From NCBI GenBank assembly GCA_002633005.1, contig NMRA01000708.1:1-64000 (forward strand): a stretch of DNA of 64,000 nucleotides. Direction: 5' to 3'. The notes under the pieces were generated by a model, which saw only the letters and a program-made list of their open reading frames with translations, ran no database searches and was not told where the DNA came from. Positions 51,656 to 64,000 of the stretch are shown one piece after another. Position numbers and translations under genes: made by a program. The DNA comes from Phoronis australis. Its lineage: Eukaryota; Animalia; Phoronida. The stretch's first letter is position 1. Each line of letters begins with the position of its first letter.

Positions 51656-54600
51656 ACTGAAAAAGTAGCCGGGGATCTATAGCCGCCAGCTCCCCTGTGG
51701 TGCAGCGCCAACAGACCAAGAGCGGCGTAGCACTGAAAAATGTGGTGGGGCTCTCATAGCCCCCCCCAGCCCCCTATGGCGCGCAGCCCATGTAACGACA
51801 CAATCTTCTGTGATAAGAAAATAGCACATCTGGCAGCGTGATTATTGCACACAGGAGCGTTGCGAAATTTGTTTGTCTTGTGCTTTCTGTTCTATTGCAG
51901 AGAAGAATGCTCGTTTAGTAATTTGATACCCACCCTCGACTATCCGGCCGCCACAACTTCACCAATCGCTCAGTCGCTACACGTCTTAGGGTACCATCCT
52001 GCTCCGCGACACAGGTTTCGAGCTTCTCCAGTTTCGCCACAACTGTTGAAGCGCATCCGATAACTACGGGGTTGGGTCCCTAATTTGTGAGAAGACCTAA
52101 GGTGTAGGTTACTTAACTTAGTTCACCAAATGGCTAAGCTGTCACTGCATCAGTGTATCCCTTTGCTCAGGCTCACATACTTCACGGACAAGGCTTTGCA
52201 GCATGTTGACTTGAAATGGGTATGAAACCTTGGACCACCTCAAGCAATTGCAAATTCCTGAATCCGCTTCTCTTACCACTTGTTTGAAAAGAGGCGGACG
52301 GTACATGTATTCTCTGCAGAAATTTCGGCTTAAACAAGGAACTGCTTTCAAAATATGGCGGTACATCCAATTTGTCCAGGGAGAACAGACGAAGGCAACA
52401 GATTAGACTTCTTTTACTCAACTTCAAAGAACTACTGAATACCATTCCAGGCAACCACGATCCACTTAACCCAGATAAGTGCCATCAAACCTGACCCACC
52501 CCACTTTCAGGACCAGACAAGAATTTAAAAGTTTTGATTGAAATCGACTAAAAGGTTCAAAATACTTTCAATAGCAAGGACATTATACAGAATTGATCAC
52601 AAACGCATCCCAAAATGTAACATTTCCGTCAATGACGCTGTACATGTACGTGATTGTAACAACGCAAGCAGCAATGTTTTGAGGTGATAAAACACTAACG
52701 AGAGCAAAACACAAGGTATAGAGGTTCAAAACCCCGTTTGCCGATTTCACTTTACTTCCGGTTACTACTTGCACGTCTTCGCAACTGCTCAACAGTCGTT
52801 TTGAGTCAAGTTGTGTGGTAATAGTCAATTACAGGGGTCCCGCATTTTGAGAACCAGTTATCTATACTGAGTAACAGAGATCAAACAAGTTCCAAAATCC
52901 GGACTCCAGCAAGAGACTACTGCCAGTTGGATACTCGGCCACCTGGGGATTTAAAACTGGTTTTATTAGCAAGTGTCGACAAGATTTATTGTCGTTCAGA
53001 AGGCATTAAGTCATTAGCAAAGTTATCGGGAAAACGTTTGTGAGTTGGTGAATGGCAGATTATTTACATCATATGACAAATACATTGTGGTGAAGAAATA
53101 CAGGACGTTGTGAGGCTAAAATTTTCAGCCAATTGTTCTAGTAAATTTTCCACCACTTACTGTCATGACTTTTGACAACTTCGACGAAACTACCTGAAGT
53201 CGAATTTAAAACTTAAATGTTGTTATGGTAAACGAAATCATCATGGAAAACGAAGTGCAATTTTTGGTAAGAAAAAGAGAGTCTGCAGTGCCGCTTCAAA
53301 ACAACACAAGAGTCCTGACACTAGAAATTGAATTTTACCCACGCAGACATTTTTCAATAAAGATCCACAGTAACTTGAGGGATATTCCATCCAAGCTGAA
53401 TGCCGACAATTCTGTTAAAGACCCACACAGCACTTTTATTAGCCCAATCCCAAGTCGAAAACTTCAAACTGGACGCCATGTTAATTCCACAGAACCTTCC
53501 CAGTGACGACAGCAATGAACTACATTCCGTCGATAACTTTATGATGTGCAGTTCGTATGTGCACACTCGTATTACATGGAACAAAACAAAGGGCTCCACC
53601 CCGAAGCACGAATACAACAAGGGTTTCAACGATGGCACCGCATGGAGCTTTAACCAATCAGAAACAAAATTGTACTAAACAATCAGTATTTACATACATG
53701 TAATAAAACACACTTTCGTTAACAATTGTAACACAAAGCCGCATAAGATTGCTTCCCATTAAATTTTTCTTTTCCAGAAATTCTCCTTGGATGTTATTAA
53801 CAAATAAATACATTAACATAAAATATCACAGAAATAATCAAAGCAAACAACAGTCATTTTCAATACTGAAACAAGCACTTAACCTCGAACAGAGCAATCG
53901 TATCTCACATGCACTACATATTAGCAATACATAACTGAAGATTTATCTTCTTACATTCTAATTTCAAAGTTTTATATCTCTATCATTTGTATTACATTAA
54001 TGCTTTTTTTAGTTTACAAAACTTCCAGTGCACAAGCATCTATTCAATTTTAGTTTAACCTCACTTTTCAGTTCATTCCAGTTATTTATTATAATTATAC
54101 ACTACTTTAAAGATCCAGGATAATTATAAACAAATTCAAAAGCAATCAAAATATATACTGTTTTTGTCAGACACCTTCCACCTACTGACAGGTGTTAGCA
54201 GTCCACAAATATGAATTTTTGATTTTTTCCTTGTCTACTTTTACTAGTGCAAACTCAAGATTAATTTACATAACTCTGTGCAGGAGTGTATTACGCTTTA
54301 GGTAGAGGAATTGCTAATCGTATTTTGCACTGGATGACCTCGAACTCAAAATCTTGAGTTAAACTCAAGTTTGTAGCTCCAATCTAGGTATCAAGCTCAA
54401 ACTTCAACCAGACACATGAACTAAATGAGTCACGATACACTCAACCACCGCGCAATAGGCACACACCTTGAGAGTTTGTGTTAAGAGTACAAAAAAATAT
54501 CAATTTTGAGCTTGACTCTGGCCCCAGATAGATAAACATAAAAGTGACAATAAAATAGAAAACACAAGAGGTAGCAGCGGTTGGATTTTGTTGAAAACCC

Positions 54601-54953
54601 ACAACTTCCTTTGTGTTCTAGATAGAAACATGTTAGTGTTACTAATTTGATGATAATCCCAGTGGGGATTCAAACCAAGAGCCTCTTCAGCAATTTGCAA
54701 ATGGAGCTAAAACCCAATTTAGCAAGTAGCTGAGTACTTAAGGCCTGCCAAATTGATCTTCTTATGTTGTCACCAGTCTCTCAGAATCTCAACCAATCTC
54801 CAAATTACTCCCAACAGTATAAACCTTAGGGGAAACCTTCTGAAGCACTAACCCCTCTCTCCCTTTCCCAAGTGCGTGAGACTACACAGTCATCAAATGC
54901 TATTAAATCTGGTTTTGGAGAGCAGAGCCCAAATCATAGTTTCCTATGGATCT

Positions 54954-55200
54954 GGGGCCTGTTCCAAGAAACTGACTTAAGTTCATTTTTGACTTAAGTT
55001 TAAGATTTGTGTTAACTTCCAAACTCTGAGACTTCCACATTTGGTAAGTAAAAATTAAGACAAAACTTACGTCAAACACTTAAGTCAAACTTAAGATCTC
55101 TTTATTGAATTGGTTTTGAGGCAAATTTAAGTTTTATTCTAAAATTAACAAAAATTTAAAATTTGTCTCAGCTAAGTCAGTTTTGTTGGAACGGGTCTCT
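54954..55200. mobile_element. Harbinger-like MITE downstream of the SLC25A46 stop codon
   Basis: ggggcctgttccaagaaactgactta ... taagtcagttttgttggaacgggtctc imperfect TIRs. Confidence 0.55.
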
Positions 55201-55644
55201 GATCATCCATTTTGAGATACGATGTTTCAAAGTAACTGAATTTAGACACTTTACCAGGGTTCACACAACCTTAAAGGAACTTGGTAAATACAGACTCAGG
55301 CAGATGGAAATGTCTGAAACTACCAACTGAAATGTTAGCATAGTCATAATATATAACCAAATAAACCAAAGCCTAGCATGAACTGTACCCTCCACAACAG
55401 AATACATCTTCGGAGCTTCATTATGATTCTATAATTGGGTCAGGAGATACCTGCTCATGCAGACAGGTGGCAGCAGTGTGCCCAGACGGTATGTAAACAT
55501 TCATTATGGGTACAAACTGGCTTTGAACAATAACTATCGCCACATCAACATGGCTTTTGAGTTCTATGTCAAAGTTGAGTTGTGAAATATGCACTGGCCC
55601 CTGACAAAAGTCCGACTAGCTGGTTGTATAAGCATGCATTGGCC

Positions 55645-58600
55645 TTACATAACTGTTGCATCTGAAGGTTGTCGGATGGCAGCAGGGGTCACGGCGTGCG
55701 TCACTGTACTCGTCGCTGACCCTAATGTGCTAGCTATGCGCTCTAGTATCACTCGAGCCAGCTTCAGTATGGCTGCGTGCAGACAATACTGCAAAACTAG
55801 AGCACCAAATCCTTTGTATAGACCACCGACGCCTTCCTCAAGGACGATTGTGCGGAAACAGTCAAAGAACCCGCTATAGGTTGTGTTAATTGGGGAAACT
55901 CCCAAACCAGTGTCTGTGTTGTCGATGATAGTTCGAGTTCCTTGCAAGAGCAGACGATGAAGCACTGTTTCAATGGGATAGAGCAGAATGTCCGACAGCA
56001 AGTTGCCCGTGAATGAAGCGATTAGTTCTGGAAAGTACAGCTCGTCCACACTTCGCTGCGGTGGTGGGTCTCCCCTGCTATCGCCGTCGTCCTGAAAATA
56101 ATATGTCAGCTCTCTTTTAGCAATGGCATAAGTGATAATTTCACTCCGGTTTCAATGACGCAGTGATCGCTTGATATCTCCAACTGATCCAGACAGTAAT
56201 ATTAATTTGATCATCACCATGATCGTAGTAAATAACCAAAGAAATCCACCCGCCTTTGGCGATTTTTGAAGTAAACGGCTAGATCTCAAATTAGTCTGCT
56301 TGTATCTTTAGTTACTGGCATTAGAAGAAATTAATTCGTAGCTAAGAAAAAACAGGATGTCGAACAAAGCCAACAGCACATGTGACAATGATGTCTGCAG
56401 CAAATACAACCACTATTGTTTGCTCAGCAGTCACTTTTCTTTGCAAAAATGTGCTGCTACTAATTTACAGGATACTCTAGCAGTGGTCTTAATAAGTTAG
56501 CCAAATTTATCAAAACCTTCATGAATTCATTGAGGTAGGTGACTTGCACTCTTTTCCAGGTTTGTGGTCATATTTGAATGAATAAACAACTGAACGAAGA
56601 AAAAATAGAAAACAGTTACTTTTAATTTAATTTGTATTTCAGCAATTGGGTAATCCATATCATGACAAAGCGGTTTAGACGTTCTACAAAGAACTCTTTA
56701 GCTTTGTGAGAGCACAGAATCTTTCATTTGACCCAACTTCTAATTCCGGTGTGCAAGGCTGGCAGTTGAGAGTAGACAAGAATGACATGTAATTTCTGTC
56801 ATTCAGACATTTTGACATGCTGGAGATTTTTGTGTAATTGTTTGAATATCCTGTTGCAGCCCTACCTGATGCGTATGCCAAACTAACTTGGCGCACTTCA
56901 ATTTGGCTCGGGTTGGGGAGCCAAAGTTATGCCTGCGCCAAACTGAAGCTACCACAGGTTCTCAAATTACTGCCAGTTTACTGGTTTTCACAATACAAAT
57001 TCACGACAATGAGTGCAAACAACTTCACGGCACAGAACATACAACAGTGATGGGAAATCTCACTGCATTAAATTCCTGCACAAGACTGCACAGCGGTGTC
57101 TACAAATTACTCTATTGCCATCTAATGACAAGAGGTACTAACATTAGATTGTAAACAGGTACATCGGAAAATGGTTACTGAAGATCAAAAAAGCAAAATT
57201 TTAAGACAATAAATGAGTGGTAGAGAATGTTCACTTACAGCATCCAAGTCATTTCTTAGAGTGAACAACACTGACGATTGAGTGAGGGAGGTGACCGTGT
57301 AGTGGAACAGCCCATAAATGACAGTAGGAAGGACAATCTTCCAAACAGGGAGTAAGTGGAAGCTTTGAGCAGTGTTCCATCCCACCATGCGGTAGCACCC
57401 CTCTGTAAGACAGTCTAGAACTCCGGGCTTTTCGCTGGCAATTTCACTCTGAAGTAAAGTTAAAAAATTACAGATTCGAGAACTTTATAGTCAGTGGGCG
57501 TGAATAATTAATTGATGAAGATTGGGATTCATCCATGTCCATGTATGTGACTAATTATGAATATTTTAACCAGTCTACTGGCGGTCTTAGACCTTCCTGG
57601 ATTTTCTGTGAAACTGTACTGGTGCGGTGTACAGAAAGCTTTTTGGATCTCCGATAACAATCCCTCCCTGAATCAGTGTGGTGGAGCAAAATTCAATCAC
57701 CTAAAACGTGGCAGAGGGTATTTCACCCACAACCAAACTGAGGTCGCACTGGTACACTTTCACAGGAAAGGAAAAGAGATTTTGATACCACCAGTCGACC
57801 ATCTTCTGAAGAAGTCGAGAGTACAGATCCCTGTAATGTAAAATTTTAACACGGTACGCTCTGCTGAAATTTTCATAATTACAGTGACAATAAATCCACC
57901 TTTGCCCATCAACTTAATTTAGACAACTTTGCGCTATAAAATCCGTCTCAACTCTCCCTTACTGAGACAGAGAATGATCTCTGGGCTACAGAATAGCAGA
58001 CAATTTCAGTAGTGCTCAAGACGTGTCATTTTATGCACTTCTCATTACGAAATATAGTCTCTCATCATTCCATAAATAGTTTAGCAATAATGCATACAAA
58101 TTCATCTAATCAACATCAAAACGTTTTTCAACTTAAGTGGACTTTTTAGCAGCTTTAAGTCACTTACAAGTTACATAATGATAACCAAGACAAAGCACCA
58201 GCTTATAAATGTAGGTCACGTGACCAACATATGGTGGGTATGAAGACTAATAATTCTTACATATACGATATCAACGCACTGATGTATATCAATACAAGAA
58301 TATAGTACCAACCTGAACTGTTTCAACTAAACTTGCTGCTAGAAATGGTGTGCTCAGAGCAACGCTGATCCTGAAAAAAGACACTTTATTAAGAAACCCC
58401 TTCTACAATAGATGTAGGAGCAAACTGAGTGCTTCCATTCCGTGCTTGGCTATTCAACCCCACGGGGGGTAATAAGATAATTACCTTCACAGGAGGAGTA
58501 ACCGTTTAGTTACACCGGACATTTGGTGCAGCAGTTGTACGCCAGAGCAAGGTTCACAAAGAACTACTTTCACTGACTTTGTATGTCAATTTCAAAAGGC

Positions 58601-61600
58601 CTATTGTGTGTGAAGGACACTCGTGGTTTACACCCATCCGCAAAATGCTAAGCCATTATGCGGACTAGTCACCCCTCCAACTCCAAAATGTCAACATTGT
58701 GGGGTATGCGGATTTAGCCAAAGAACCCTGCCCCGTCCATTTTTAGTCTCCAAAAATATTGTCCAGAAGGTCCCTACACCTCATTGATAATTAAATTTCA
58801 GATTGATCAGTAAACAAAATAATTATGTAAAAATGAATTCCCTTTGTTGGTGAACCATCCTCAAACATGACCTTTGTGAAAACCAAGGATTCAAAACAAA
58901 CAAAAAAGGCTATATGAAACATGATATGTTTGTCACGCCAAAACATTCAGACATGAAATTCTAAATTCATAGCAACAACTTCTTACCCTTTTAAAGCAAC
59001 ATGTTGCATGAGTCGTTTTAGAGAGCTGTGCCGTGTCACTTCCCTAAAATAGAAAATGACAAAACAAACGCGATAAAAACCTCAAAGTAACAGCACTAAA
59101 AGAGAAATTAAAACTGTTCAACAAAACTATGGTATTACAGTACTTACTGAAAAAATATAGCCTTCAAGAGCACATCGCTCACTTGTTGGGAATGGTGGAA
59201 TGACTAGAATGATGGGACAGGTGGCGCATCCTGTTGTACTCTCGTGAGATTTGATCAATACCAGCGTTCTTCTGTCACTAAGATCCGTCCTAACCTTACA
59301 AGTGCTCATTATTCTAACAGAATCAGAAGTCCCTGCATGGATAACTTAAACACAGTTTTATACCTGGGGAAAGGGGTGACTTCACTGATTACACTCTCAC
59401 TGGCAAGACAAAGGCCCCGGACAATGAAGGTACTGCCAATTCCTTTCCACAGTGTACCCAAACTCTGGAATATAGTTTGGTATGTCATTGCACGCCAAAA
59501 ATAACAAGACAATTATCAATACACCCAAACTCTGAAACAAATTGAATTCAGAGGGCATGACACGGAATTGCAGCTGTGCTCATTCATCATTCATCATGAG
59601 AGGTAATTTCTGAGTCATTTTGTGCAACCATTTTGGTATGCACTGTATGTATCTGCTATGCTTAGTAGTTCACGAGGAGACCACCAGGTGCTGAAGTGAC
59701 TCTCCACGACTTGAGAAAATATCTAAAGAACAAAAATTAATTTTACAGCACGGTACTAGAGTGCACTTGCACGAGTAGTCCTACCTGGTTCCTCTGTATG
59801 TTGTATATCACCTGGGGCAACAAGAATGGCTGAAGGTGGTACCGCAGCGAATGATTGTGTACCTGAAGAACAGAATGTCTCATGACTGAGCATTTAGAAC
59901 AACATCTCTGCACTGAGTTTCTGCAGTGGGTTAAGGGAGACCACTCTATATAGCAGATGAGCATTCACACAGTGGCAAGAAGGAAGCATTTTTCTCAACA
60001 TTCGTTGTTCATGCACCAAGTTGGAACATTCTTAATAATAGAATATCCCACTACACCATCACAATGTACTCAAAAAGAGGGTTCTGACGTTAAGTGGGTG
60101 TTCTAAACTGTAAAGTCAAAATATCAAATTTTGCAAGGTTTTTATCCATGCCAGTTTACACTCGAGCTAAGTGGACTCAACTCAAGCATCCTTTTTGCCC
60201 ATAAGACAGTCATTGTGCTATTAACTCAAAGACCATTTTTGCCTACATAACAGTCACTGCACTTTCAAAACCCTGAAACTAAATGTAGTACCTACTGAAA
60301 CAAACAAAAAGACTAAACTAATACAATAAATACTGAAGGGACATTAACGCCTAGAATAGAACACGGAACCTGTCAGTCTAACGCTCTGTGGGAGGAGCTA
60401 AAAATTACAATTACACAAAAAATGAAGCTTATGACATCATTTCATGACCAAGTTCTTTCCTCTCCAATTAAACAAACAGCCCACAAAGCTGCAGTCATTC
60501 ACCTGACATTGACGTCTAAGTACAATGAAGGGGTGTGACATGACGTTCTGAGCCAAGACACTTGACAATCCCACTGCCAAACCCGCAAACCTCTGAACAT
60601 TTTCTGGAAAAAAATCAAGTTACAGTAAGTTGGTGTTATTATGATTATTACACAATAATTACACATACACATTACAGTGTTGATAATACGAGAGTTAATT
60701 TGTAAAAATAACGTCAACATCTACCAACAAAAGATAAACGTCTGTACTGTATTCGAAATAATGTTGTTTTATGAAAGAAAAACTTTTGCCTATAAGTGAA
60801 TGTGCCTAAGGTTCCCATACGGAAACAGTGGGGGATCTCTTGTACATTCCCGTGTTAAAATGGGTGTTTTTGCGTCTTCCATACAATTAGTTTTTATTTA
60901 AATGATTACAGATTTCCCAGCATGAGCTGTTACATAAATCAGCATGTTGATATAATTTATTATTAGTCTCCCTGATGCACTCCCAAGTTCGGACAAGACG
61001 CTCTGTACGCCGGAAGCTTTTCGGCGAATTACGCCTCGCACCGACTAAACCATCAAAGTCACGTTGTTATAAATACCTTTTGCGCATAGAGGAACACCTT
61101 AGGAGGTTGTCGATGTGTTTAATTCCTTCCAACTCGCGCCTATAGCCTCTGCATCGCCTCTGCTTCGGGTCAACAGAGGCGATGGTTATTGCCTAACTTG
61201 TTACGTGACATGTTAAGAAAAGTTTCACTTACAATAACGAAAAATACAGCCATGCCCATTCTCATAATGGTTTTTTGGGCGCATCTGTGAATTTCATGAG
61301 AATGACGACAAAAATTGCATTTCACTGTTTTATGGTTCCGTTCTGCCTCATGGATTAGTGCACCTTGTCCTTGCGACTATTAGTGATCTGCTCCCGTGAC
61401 AGTCTCACTAACAGTATCATATCAGAATAATCAGTGACAGGGAGAGAACACAGGCGTCCTCAGCTTCTGATCGTCCCCAATACACTACATATAGTAGTAT
61501 TATATGTAGTGTATTGCCATTGGGCGGGACGATCAGAAGCTGAGGACGCCTGTGTGAGAGAGGAGAAAATACTAGCAGATGTGAGATGTGGAAACCCACC

Positions 61601-61762
61601 AACATTGTGCTGACGCGGTCGTGCTCTATTTATTTGCGTTAGCAGCTCGTGTTCTGCCCGTATGTCAGGGTCGTCGTAGCTAACCAACTGCTGACTTTCC
61701 TGAGTGGTGATTCGTCCCCGCGGGTCCACTCCATAGAGTCGATCGTTGACCATATCACCCAT
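55645..61762 (-). CDS. SLC25A46: Mitochondrial outer-membrane carrier-family protein SLC25A46, 8 coding exons, about 404 aa
   Basis: Exons 61762-61600, 60603-60503 ([30 protein letters not shown]), 59862-59785 ([13 protein letters not shown]), 59464-59364 ([23 protein letters not shown]), 59043-58987, 58370-58313 ([12 protein letters not shown]), 57448-57239 ([13 protein letters not shown]) and 56091-55645 ([42 protein letters not shown]); all GT-AG, phases consistent, 1215 nt in total. Confidence 0.95.
61448..61555. repeat. Long hairpin in SLC25A46 intron 1
   Basis: 30-bp perfect outer stem, one-sided 9-nt bulge, 16-bp perfect inner stem, 7-nt loop. Confidence 0.92.
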
Positions 61763-62614
61763 CGGTTTTCTTCAGCAATGCAGGTCAACTTAGATTAGTA
61801 AACTATCCATTTTATATATTTTACATACATATGAAATACGCGATTTCAAGTTTTTAAATCTAAGTTTAGTACTGTAAAGCTTCGAGCTCTCATAATTTTG
61901 AATTCTCAGAACTTTATGATATAACTGAAAATATATCTAATTCTAATATATCTAATAAATGACTCGATTGAGAACTCTCTAGGATGAAAAAACCACAAAA
62001 ATTACATACTTCCGCATTTGAGCCAACATGGATTTGTTTGAGTTTTGTCAGTCTTTGCCGAAAGTTGTAAGTATCGTGTGTGAACTTTTGTTCCACAAGA
62101 CGAAGCCTTCATACTTTTGAGCAGTAGCCAGTCAATGACTGCCTTAAAAAAAATAACAATTGCAAAGACGTGAGGTTGCAATTCTTACCAATGACAATGT
62201 TGTAGATAGATGTGCTTGCGGTGAAGACCGATTTATATCATTATTTATGAGCCTGTTTTATGGGGGTCGCTGGTTCGATTCTCCGGTCGGGTAATCTCGG
62301 CTATTACTACAAATGACGTTGTCGGCAAACAGATGATCTACCGATGAAGCGCTGCCAACTAGCACCGCGGACCTCGGTATGGCGCGCATGGAAAGTTCCA
62401 GGAGTCTCGGACCTGTATTTAGAGACTACATTGTGTTCACCTGTGTTGTGGTGGTAAATGTACCAAGGGATGTTGATGACCTGTATGCAAGACATCCTGT
62501 TCACTTTCCTGGTGGCGTGCCTGTTCCGTCCCGTAGGAAAGGGGGAATGTTGTAGATGTGCTTCTGGTGAATCATATGAGCCTCTGTTAGCTACTCGCTA
62601 ATGGACAATTGTCT

Positions 62615-62700
62615 ATTAGCTGAATGGTTAGCACGCTTGTCGGTTTTATGGGGGTTACTGATTCGATTCCCGGGTGGGGTAATCTCGGCTATTACTACAC
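62615..62700 (+). mobile_element. tRNA-derived SINE head remnant; partial copy at about 62250-62310
   Basis: A box TAGCTGAATGG, B-box-like GATTCGATTCC, shared tail gtaatctcggctattactac. Confidence 0.5.
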
Positions 62701-64000
62701 CAAAATCAGCCTTTAATTTACATGAACATTTTTTTGAAGCTATACGCCTGATTCATGCAGACAAGAAGCGCTCTGCAAAACGAGGCTCACTACGATAGCT
62801 CCGTTAATGGCTAATTGGCATAGTTGAGATTCGGAAGTGTTGGGTCAATGCCATATGCTGTGACGAAGGAAAATATTTCCGGGTAAAATTTATAAATGTT
62901 TTTGAAAATTTGATCATATTTTGCATCGACCAGTGAATCTTCGGCCAGCCAGGCTGTGTTTTCGTGACAATGGGATGATGCATTCATTTCCAAAAGGACA
63001 GGGCCCTCAATCCCTCGATCTTGAGGCCGACTATGGGCCCTATTCCACTCTCAAAAAATATTTAAAAATCATGTGAAATTCTCCTCACGAGGCCTAAAAA
63101 TTCCCCTAAAGTGATTGAAAATTGCTCCTTAAAGTTCAGATCACTTGTAACCACACAGGTGACAATTTGAAAGAGCACAAAATGCTACTTGAGACAGAGC
63201 TTATGAGAGCTTGCAACAGGTGGGGGGTGCTATTGATGATGATAGGGACTCAGGGAGGTAGAATTTCCTCCTCACTTGACAGAAAAATTCCCCTCTCAGA
63301 AGGCGAAGACACCTTTCACCTCGGATGAATGAGGCCCCTGAAGGAACATGATAACTACACTTGTTCTGCCCATTTAATTGAAATAAAGCTCTGAAACGAG
63401 ATGGGTTATTTTTTCAGGTTATGCTTTGAACAAACTAACTAGGTGTTTTAATTTTAAAATTCTACTTGGTCCAGATTGACATTTGAAACCTAACACATAG
63501 ATGTACATGTAAGTATTATTAAAACCAAGAAAGCAGAATGGATGATCAAATAACTCTTAGCATCAATTACCAGCCTCTTTTTTACTTTAAATAATTTTAA
63601 TAACATCAATCATTCTTGCAGGTTATTGACAAATCAACTGTTAGCCCAGGTAGTTCCTAACTTACTACTAGGACCTAGGCTATGCTTGATGTTAATATTC
63701 TTGATCAACAAACCAGATGTGACTTGCACATGACAGCAAAATGTGATGAGCCACCACTGTCTTCATCTCATCAAAAATACGAGCAGATGACTTGGTTTAT
63801 GTAGAAAGCATTTCTGTCAACAATTTACTAGAAGAAACAACCCCGCATTCAGCATATACGTAATCTGTATAATAATTGCCGCAATTTGGTCATATAATTT
63901 ACTTTTCATGTTTCGAACCTAGTTTTCCGAAAAAAAATTATACCCTTTCATCAGACAACTCTTTACTTCATTGACTTGTTCTGTAAAGTATTTTTCTAGG

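Noticed and set aside
61460-61599. Coding extension of SLC25A46 exon 1, as in the ORF track
   Set aside because: A phase-1 GTGGGT donor at 61599 joins exon 2 in frame; the remainder is intron read-through.
63900-63960. Hammerhead motif on the minus strand (CTGATGA...CGAAAC)
   Set aside because: No stem II pairing and no UH cleavage site; part of a DNA-transposon repeat.

Overview
AT-rich, intron-containing animal DNA (invertebrate; the repeat types suggest a lophotrochozoan such as a mollusc, which is an inference), not prokaryotic. Two host genes can be reconstructed exon by exon: SLC25A46 (minus strand, 8 coding exons, 55645-61762, about 404 aa) and a 3-exon tetraspanin with a long C-terminal tail (plus strand, 40731-45574, about 345 aa). 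An older tandem segmental duplication (copy A about 23.5-38.2 kb vs copy B about 42.6-58 kb) left a second tetraspanin terminal exon that is still fully open (32126-32890) and a decayed SLC25A46 exon-7 copy. The rest is dense with mobile DNA: an intact single-ORF Mag-type Gypsy element, two Kolobok-type DNA transposons (THAP/DDE remnants plus a KolX/P2X7-ballast-like gene), a DIRS/Ngaro tyrosine-recombinase fragment with split direct repeats, LINE remnants, Helitron/Helentron ends, MITEs, a hairpin-ended element carrying a tRNA-like module, and a Penelope-type palindromic insert with two minimal hammerhead motifs. I found no convincing new multi-gene system. The best leads are (i) the Gypsy element lacks a TSD and joins two unrelated loci, which implies a recombination deletion that removed tetraspanin-A exon 2, (ii) the intronic inverted hammerhead pair, whose sense copy carries a core mutation, and (iii) a 46-bp-stem hairpin just inside SLC25A46 intron 1. 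All alignments were done by eye.
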